From a virus: DNA of 64,000 bases. Below, one piece after another: positions 45,545 to 52,400 of the stretch; the first letter of the stretch is position 1; every line of letters begins with the position of its first letter. The position numbers were made by a program, and so were the translations under genes. Location of the stretch: positions 32,001-96,000 of IMG/VR virus record IMGVR_UViG_3300033141_000124, one strand, 5' to 3'. Below the pieces are notes generated by a model. It was not told the origin of the DNA. It saw only the letters and a list, made by a program, of their open reading frames with translations, and searched no databases.

Positions 45545-47170
45545 ATGGAATATAAAAAATACTACTGGCTTAATGAGAATAGTAGAACCTTCTTATCTAG
45601 AGGGTACATTAGTGAAGAACCAGAACAGAGAATAAAAGATATAGCTAATACTGCAGAGAAGTATTTACACATGCCTGGGTTTGCTGAGAAGTTTGAAAAC
45701 TATATGTCTAAAGGTTATTATAGTTTATCTACACCGGTATGGATAAATTTTGGAAAACAAAAAGGTTTACCTATCAGCTGTTATGGTTCTAACATAGATG
45801 ATAACTTAGATAGTATACTAAATGCAGGACGTGAGATAGGAATGATGTCTAAGTATGGCGGAGGTACAAGTTGTTTTTTAGGTAATATAAGACCTAGAGG
45901 ATCTGAGATATCTACAGGAGGCTTTGCAGATGGTCCTGTTCACTATGCTAGAATATATGACACAGTGGTTGATGTATGTAAACAGTCTGAAGCAAGACGT
46001 GGTGCATGTGCAGCATACTTACCAGTAGAGCATCCTGATATAGAAGAGTTCTTAGATATTGGAACAGAAGGTAATCCTATACAAAATCTACAGTATGGTA
46101 TTACTGTATCTGATGCATGGCTAAGATCTATGAAAGCAGGGAGTAAAGAAAAACGTAAGATCTGGGCTAAAGTAATTCAAAGAAGATCTGAGTTTGGTTA
46201 CCCTTACATAATGTTTAAAGATAACTCTAATAACAATACACCATACAAAGAAATAGGTATGGAGATAACAGCATCTAACTTATGTTCTGAAATTCAACTT
46301 CCTACAGACACATACAATTCTTTTGTGTGCTGTCTAGGATCTATAAATTTATTACACTGGGATGAGATTATAAAGACTGATGCTATAGAAACATATGTGT
46401 TCTTTTTAAATGCTGTGATGGATGAGTTTATAAGAAAATCAGAAGTTAAAGCTGGCCTCAAAAGAGCATTTAATTTTGCTAGCAAACATAGAGCTATTGG
46501 TCTAGGTGTATTAGGATATCATAGTTTGTTTCAATCAAAGCTAATTGAGTTTGAGTCTCTTAGAGCTAAGCAGCTAAACAATCATATATTTAAAACTTTA
46601 AAAGAAGTATCTGAAGAAGCTTCTAGATGGTTATATGAACACAGAGGATATAGGTCATTAAGAGAAGGGTATGCCAACACTACTCTAATGGCTATTGCTC
46701 CTACTAAATCTAGTAGTTTTATACATGGTGCTGTCTCTATGGGTATAGAACCTATCAAGTCAAATTACTTTATCAAGGATCTAGCAAAGTCTAAAACAGT
46801 TTATAAGAATCCATTCTTAGAACAGGAGTTAGATAAGTATGGGTTAAATACTAAAAAGACCTGGGACAGCATTCTTAAGAAAGATGGTTCTGTACAACAT
46901 CTTAACTTTCCAACAAAAGAAGTATTCAAATCATTTATTGAGATATCACCAAAAGAACTTGTACTACAAGCTGCACAAAGACAAAAGTATATTGATCAAT
47001 CACAGTCATTAAACTTAATGATTGACCCGTCAGTGCCAGCTAAAGATATTAATAAACTGTATTTATATGCCCATGAAGAAGGTGTAAAAACTTTATACTA
47101 TCAGTTTAGTATTAGTTCTGCTCAAGATTTTGCTAGGAATATATTAGAGTGTGCTAGTTGTGAAGGTTAA
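45545..47170 (+). CDS. nrdA: Ribonucleotide reductase class I alpha subunit (compact, no ATP cone)
   Basis: PISCY, GGGT, RRGA, SNLCSEI, IAPTKSSS, IDQSQSLN, KTLYY, C-terminal CASCEG. Confidence 0.96.
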   Translation: MEYKKYYWLNENSRTFLSRGYISEEPEQRIKDIANTAEKYLHMPGFAEKFENYMSKGYYSLSTPVWINFGKQKGLPISCYGSNIDDNLDSILNAGREIGMMSKYGGGTSCFLGNIRPRGSEISTGGFADGPVHYARIYDTVVDVCKQSEARRGACAAYLPVEHPDIEEFLDIGTEGNPIQNLQYGITVSDAWLRSMKAGSKEKRKIWAKVIQRRSEFGYPYIMFKDNSNNNTPYKEIGMEITASNLCSEIQLPTDTYNSFVCCLGSINLLHWDEIIKTDAIETYVFFLNAVMDEFIRKSEVKAGLKRAFNFASKHRAIGLGVLGYHSLFQSKLIEFESLRAKQLNNHIFKTLKEVSEEASRWLYEHRGYRSLREGYANTTLMAIAPTKSSSFIHGAVSMGIEPIKSNYFIKDLAKSKTVYKNPFLEQELDKYGLNTKKTWDSILKKDGSVQHLNFPTKEVFKSFIEISPKELVLQAAQRQKYIDQSQSLNLMIDPSVPAKDINKLYLYAHEEGVKTLYYQFSISSAQDFARNILECASCEG

Positions 47171-47577
47171 AATGCTGACTCTTCAATTACAACATTGATA
47201 GCATCTTTTAATTCAGATAATCCAACAGGACATTCTAGATCTAAGCCTGCCTTAAATGCCTTTTCTTTTGTTCCTTCTTTGAATATAATGATTGTAGGGG
47301 CCATCCTAACTCTGTACTCTTTCTTTGCTGATGGTGCTTTTGCTATATCAACTCTATAGTATTTTACACCGTCCATATCATCTATCTGTTTCCAGTCTGA
47401 AAAAGAATTGTCTTGATTAAACTCTGCCCAAAACTCTATTATTATGATATCTTGTGAATCGTCAAACCCTCCTTGCTCATTGATAATATCTTGGAAGTTA
47501 CTATCATCTATCCACTCTTGAGCAGCAAGGTTTGTCGTGAATAGTAAAAATATTATAAATAAAATTATTTTTTTCAT
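47167..47577 (-). CDS. Exported thioredoxin-fold protein lacking CxxC
   Basis: Signal peptide (LAA|QE); IIIEFWAEFN in place of WAxWCxxC; YYRVDI, YRVRMAPTIIIFKEG. Confidence 0.8.
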   Translation of the reverse strand: MKKIILFIIFLLFTTNLAAQEWIDDSNFQDIINEQGGFDDSQDIIIIEFWAEFNQDNSFSDWKQIDDMDGVKYYRVDIAKAPSAKKEYRVRMAPTIIIFKEGTKEKAFKAGLDLECPVGLSELKDAINVVIEESAF

Positions 47578-47580
47578 GGT

Positions 47581-47868
47581 CTACTTTTTAGTAAGATCAT
47601 AGATCCTCTCCTCCATTTTTTCAAACTTATCTAGGAGCATTTCTACATCTTCTTGGGTATCCATAATTGTTTGTCTAATTAACTCATCTTTGAGGTCGTA
47701 CTCAACTCTGTCAATCACTGGTGCTGGGAGTTCCATAGCTTGAGCTATATCTGCTTGTAACGTAAACCACATAGTAGATAAGGAGATTACAAATCCTACT
47801 ATTAGCCCTATTGTTTTTAAATCTAATGTTACTTTTGTTTCTTCTCCTATTTGAGGTGGTTGTGCCAT
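47581..47868 (-). CDS. Single-pass membrane protein with C-terminal coiled coil
   Basis: TIGLIVGFVISLSTMWFTL followed by heptad-like TQEDVEMLLDKFEKMEERIYDL. Confidence 0.75.
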   Translation of the reverse strand: MAQPPQIGEETKVTLDLKTIGLIVGFVISLSTMWFTLQADIAQAMELPAPVIDRVEYDLKDELIRQTIMDTQEDVEMLLDKFEKMEERIYDLTKK

Positions 47869-47872
47869 GATC

Positions 47873-48223
47873 TTAATTTTTATTTATGTTAATGGATGGT
47901 TTAGTTCCTGAGTTACCACCATTTGAATTAGTATTTGAATTGTTGTTTGGTCTAGGACTATTAGCTGGTCTATTAGGTAATACAACAGTTGGTCTAACAA
48001 CTGGTCTAGGATTCCAATACATATAGTTATTCCAATTATAATATGGTTGAGTCCTATATATAACTTCTGTTCTGTATCTAGGTCTTAGTTTATCTATATC
48101 CACAGCTACGGTATCACCAGCAGCTGTTATTGCTAATACTTTATCATACTGCACTATAGGTTGATAAGAGCTACATGCTCCTACAAATAATACTAGTATT
48201 AATATAGATATAATTTTTTTCAT
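47873..48223 (-). CDS. Lipoprotein with Pro/Asn-rich tail
   Basis: MKKIISILILVLFVGAC lipobox; RPVVRPTVVLPNRPANSPRPNNNSNTNSNGGNSG. Confidence 0.75.
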   Translation of the reverse strand: MKKIISILILVLFVGACSSYQPIVQYDKVLAITAAGDTVAVDIDKLRPRYRTEVIYRTQPYYNWNNYMYWNPRPVVRPTVVLPNRPANSPRPNNNSNTNSNGGNSGTKPSININKN

Positions 48224-49431
48224 TATTTAAATGTAAAGTTTAGTCCAAAGCTTGTTTGAAATAATTCACTATCCCACATCTTACTATATTCTCCTTCTGC
48301 AAAGATGCCAATATGTTTGCTAATCTTCCACCCAAAACTTACACCAGCAGAATAGTCTTCCCACTGCTCTAACTCAGAGTCTTGTACTAGTCCACCTTTA
48401 CCCCAGTTGTTTCTGTTTAAATAAGACAGTGCCTCATCACCTTGTATATACTTATGATATGGTAGTATATAATTAGCATATGCATGCAACCAGAACTTAC
48501 TCTTATAGTGATAGAAATCTAAACCTACAATAGGTGCAATCTCACCAAAAGCATCTAGCAAGTCCCATGCTTCTCTGTTAAATCTATTCATCAACTCAGT
48601 AAAAATAGTCTCTCTAAACTGAAGATCTGTATAAGCTACAATCTCTCCATCAGGATCTATCCAATACCAGTCAGAAGTTTCATTACCTAGCTCATCTTCT
48701 TGTGTGTAATATATATCATCATATCCATACTCAAAACCTAATTCATACCAATAGTTAACTGGATACTCTTGTCCATTTATAATCTGTGTTTCATTTAACC
48801 ATATTTCAATTGGGTTATATCCATAAGCACGGTCATGAGTACGGTAGATTGCACCAGCTGATATACTAAACTTCTCTCCTAATGGTAATCTTGCTCTTAG
48901 TTCAGCTGATTGGTAATCTAAATTTATCTTTCCAACCTCTCTACTCTCTACTTTTGCTATATGATATTTACCAGTATGTTTTAAAAAGTATCTGTGGTTG
49001 TCAAACATTTCTCCTCTCCATCTTTCTTTCTCAATGTGGAATTGATACTCTAGTCCATCTATTGCTGATGTTGGTGCAGTAAATGCTAGTTGTTGTTCTG
49101 TCCCATCATACCAGTTTCTAGGCTTTCTTTCATAGTTAAATCTTGCTAGCTTACGTATACCAAAGCCATAACGGTAATCAAAAGCATAGTCAGGAGTGTT
49201 ATCTACTACATCTGGTATAGAATATAAACCTCCATCTGGATTAGTTCTTACAAAAAATGTTTGTTCTCTGGCCTCAATAGAATTATTAATATCTCCTGCT
49301 CCATACACAGTACCGTATTTCAAGAAGTCTTGATATATAGACTTGAAGAATTTGCCTTTCTCTTCTTGATCTTGAGCTGAAACAATATTAAAAAAGAATA
49401 TACATACCAGTACACTTAAATATCTTTTCAT
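48223..49431 (-). CDS. Putative outer-membrane beta-barrel protein
   Basis: Signal peptide (VSA|QDQ); aromatic-rich alternating strands; C-terminal FQTSFGLNFTFK resembling a beta-signal. Confidence 0.72.
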   Translation of the reverse strand: MKRYLSVLVCIFFFNIVSAQDQEEKGKFFKSIYQDFLKYGTVYGAGDINNSIEAREQTFFVRTNPDGGLYSIPDVVDNTPDYAFDYRYGFGIRKLARFNYERKPRNWYDGTEQQLAFTAPTSAIDGLEYQFHIEKERWRGEMFDNHRYFLKHTGKYHIAKVESREVGKINLDYQSAELRARLPLGEKFSISAGAIYRTHDRAYGYNPIEIWLNETQIINGQEYPVNYWYELGFEYGYDDIYYTQEDELGNETSDWYWIDPDGEIVAYTDLQFRETIFTELMNRFNREAWDLLDAFGEIAPIVGLDFYHYKSKFWLHAYANYILPYHKYIQGDEALSYLNRNNWGKGGLVQDSELEQWEDYSAGVSFGWKISKHIGIFAEGEYSKMWDSELFQTSFGLNFTFK

Positions 49432-49471
49432 ATTTGAATTTAATTTAATTAATAAGATAGTAAGTTGGTTT

Positions 49472-49491
49472 GTATAATAATAATATACAAA
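49472..49491 (-). promoter_or_regulatory. Putative late promoter GTATATT-N5-TATA (copy 4)
   Basis: TTTGTATATTATTATTATAC about 40 nt upstream of the ATG at 49431. Confidence 0.55.
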
Positions 49492-49494
49492 AAA

Positions 49495-52400
49495 TTAGTT
49501 ATTTCCCAGATAGAAATTATCCATTTTTTCAAATGTAGTCCATTTTTGTAGAGTATATAATATTGGTAAGGCATCTTTCCACTGCTTATATACTTTCAAT
49601 TGTCCTTTTCTAGGTCTGTTCTGATAAACTATATCTTTATTTTGGTAAAATTCTTGGTCTGATTCTCTAGATATCCAGTTATAAGGTGTCTGTACAGAAA
49701 GCGTTAATGCTTCTGTTAGTGCTCCTAATGTTCTTGTGGATGCTATAGGACGCTCTAAGAAACCTGATGCTTCACCCATACCAAAGAATGGAACAAATAA
49801 AATTAATTCTGTATAAACTCTATCTGTTTGATACTTGCTCCAGTTCTTAAGCTTCTTTACCCATAGATCATCATCTTCATCATCATCCCAGGCTTTGTCT
49901 AACATTGAAAATAATAAAAGAGACATTATAATAAATGATGCTTCAGCCATGGTTCTATTTACATTCTTAATTTTATTATCTATTCTTTGAGCTATACTTG
50001 CTGCTCCCATTGGGCTACCATCTTCATTCATTGGCCCTTGAGGTGAGCTGTTCATGTCTGCTTTCAGTTCATCTTTATACTCACTTATAATATTACGTAA
50101 GTCTAATCTACCTTTGACTATATTCTTTTTTAAATATGCTGCCAGCTTCCAAGTACTTGCATATCTTCCTTCCATCCAACCTAAGGTACTATTAAAGTAT
50201 TCACCTTGATATCTTGCTCTTAATGCTGGTGGTAACCATTTTTTAAATTGGAATAATAGCTTACCTAACCAGAAAGATTGGACTACTGTTCTATCCATTC
50301 TAGCATAGTTACCATGCACTTCTTTATTTACATCTCTAATTTTGTTTCTTATATCTGCATATATTTTAGATCCCTGATCATTTAATGCATCATTTTCAAT
50401 TGGGACTTTGATTCCTGTTTTGTACTCAGGTATTATTGTATCCCACTTTTTGTCATAGTATATTTTTCCTGTAATAGGATTAAAGTTTGCTGCATCTATA
50501 AGATTAGAAGATTCTCCAGTCTTAGAGTCTATCACCTGAACATCTCCAAGTATACCAGTTCCTATTTTAGTTTGTACTGCATATTCAAAACCATCCTGAA
50601 ATAGATAACCTATGCTCATACCTCTTTGAAATCTATTTTGTTGGCCTCTAGTATTATCCATACCAGATTCACGTATATCTACATCTGCATCCATCATTCT
50701 CCAATACTCACCTAATCCTTCATATTTATTATTAGCTTGATCTGGTTTGTAACTACGCTCTTTAAGTTCTTTACCAGATATAAATGCTCCAGTACTACCA
50801 CCTATAGCTCCACCTACAGCAGTACCAAGTGGACCAGCAACAGCTGTTCCTATAACAGATCCTATAACACCACCTTTAATTGCACCAACTGGTGCTTCTT
50901 CACTACCAAGAAATATATCTGCAGCTTCAGTTGCCACTGCTCCAGTTCTTTTTACTATACCTGGTAATGCTTCTTTAGTATATAATGCTTCAGCTCTCAG
51001 ATAAGACCCTCTAGTTATAAATCTATTTGCTACACCTTCAATTGCGTTGTTGATTTGTGCAATTGCTAAGTTGTTTATGTTACCAAATATATTCCATGCA
51101 ACATAGGATTGAGATGACCATGTAATTAAACCCATAGCAAACTTATCCCAAAAGCCTTTGCTTATTTCATCATTATCATAGAATACCATCTTGGCCCATT
51201 TATGTGCCCTTGCTACAACATTAGCTTGATCTTTTCCTAGTCCTTGTCTACCTTTAAGATTAAATTTCTCTGGAATAATTTTATCTAAAACTCCTGTAAA
51301 CTTATTTCCTCCTGGCTCTATATATTCTCTCTTCTCTATAACTTTAATTAAAGCATTTATAGTTCCTTCTATTTCTCCTAAAGCTGCAAACTTTTCTGCC
51401 ATATCAGAGAACATAAGTAAACTTGAACCTAAATCTGTACTTACTTCACCTAGCGTAGGTTGTGATCTTTGCTTTTGTACTTTAGATTCTAACAAAGCTC
51501 TTTCTTTTGTGTACTGTGCAAGACCAATTTTTTTATTTTTATAATCTAGTTTTAGTTGTTTTATTTGATTTTCAAGCTTAGTAAGTCTTTCTTCAACTCT
51601 TGGATTACCTGTAAACATTATAGGAAGAGTGTCTACCATCCTTCCCTGCTCATCTATAATAACAGTCTTTTGTTCAGTAGTTGAAGTAAAAAGATTTTTT
51701 ATTGATCTTTGTGTCTTAGCCCATAGTCTTATAAATAAACCACCAGCAGGATCAGATTTTAAATTAGTTGCTAAGTTGTCTCTAACTACAGGTATCTTAC
51801 CTAACATTTGATTTCTTACATCTCTAGGTAATAAGTTAAGTAATGCATTTGGTCCATCAGCATACTCTTCAATAAACATATCATATACTTCTCTACGTGC
51901 TTGAGCTAATGCATCATTAACCTTGGGCTCCATAATGTCTATATACTTTTGACTTCTCATATCCATACCGTCTGCAGCTTGCTCTCTTATCTCTACAAAC
52001 TCTGGCCTTACAAATGAAAACTTAGCATCTAGTTTTACTTGTCCGGTAGGTACACCATTCTTTCTAAATGCTTTGGTGTATCTAGTATCTTCATAGTACT
52101 GAGCTCTATACATATTATAGTCAGTGTCACTTAAACCTCTACGCTTCTGCCACATCTTACCATTCCATACCTCATTCTTTGCTCTTGCTGCTTTAAACTC
52201 TTCACTATATCTATGGAAATCTCCATCAACAGGTCTTCCGTCAACAGTTTTTTCTGCTCTCATAAAGTCAGAAAACTCTCTCTTTACATCTGCAAGTTTT
52301 TTATTATACTCTATATCTTTACGTCCTTGCTCACTCTTTTGTGCTTCAACTAAATTATATACCGGAGCATAAACAAAAGGTACACCATTAGAATCTAATT

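Noticed and set aside
2522-47170. Introns or inteins in terL, dnaB, dnaG, polB, nrdA or nrdB
   Set aside because: All are uninterrupted and of compact length, with motifs in normal order; no intein junctions or LAGLIDADG inserts are evident.
47167-47577. Thioredoxin as electron donor for the adjacent RNR
   Set aside because: It lacks CxxC, has a signal peptide and belongs to the opposite-strand operon.
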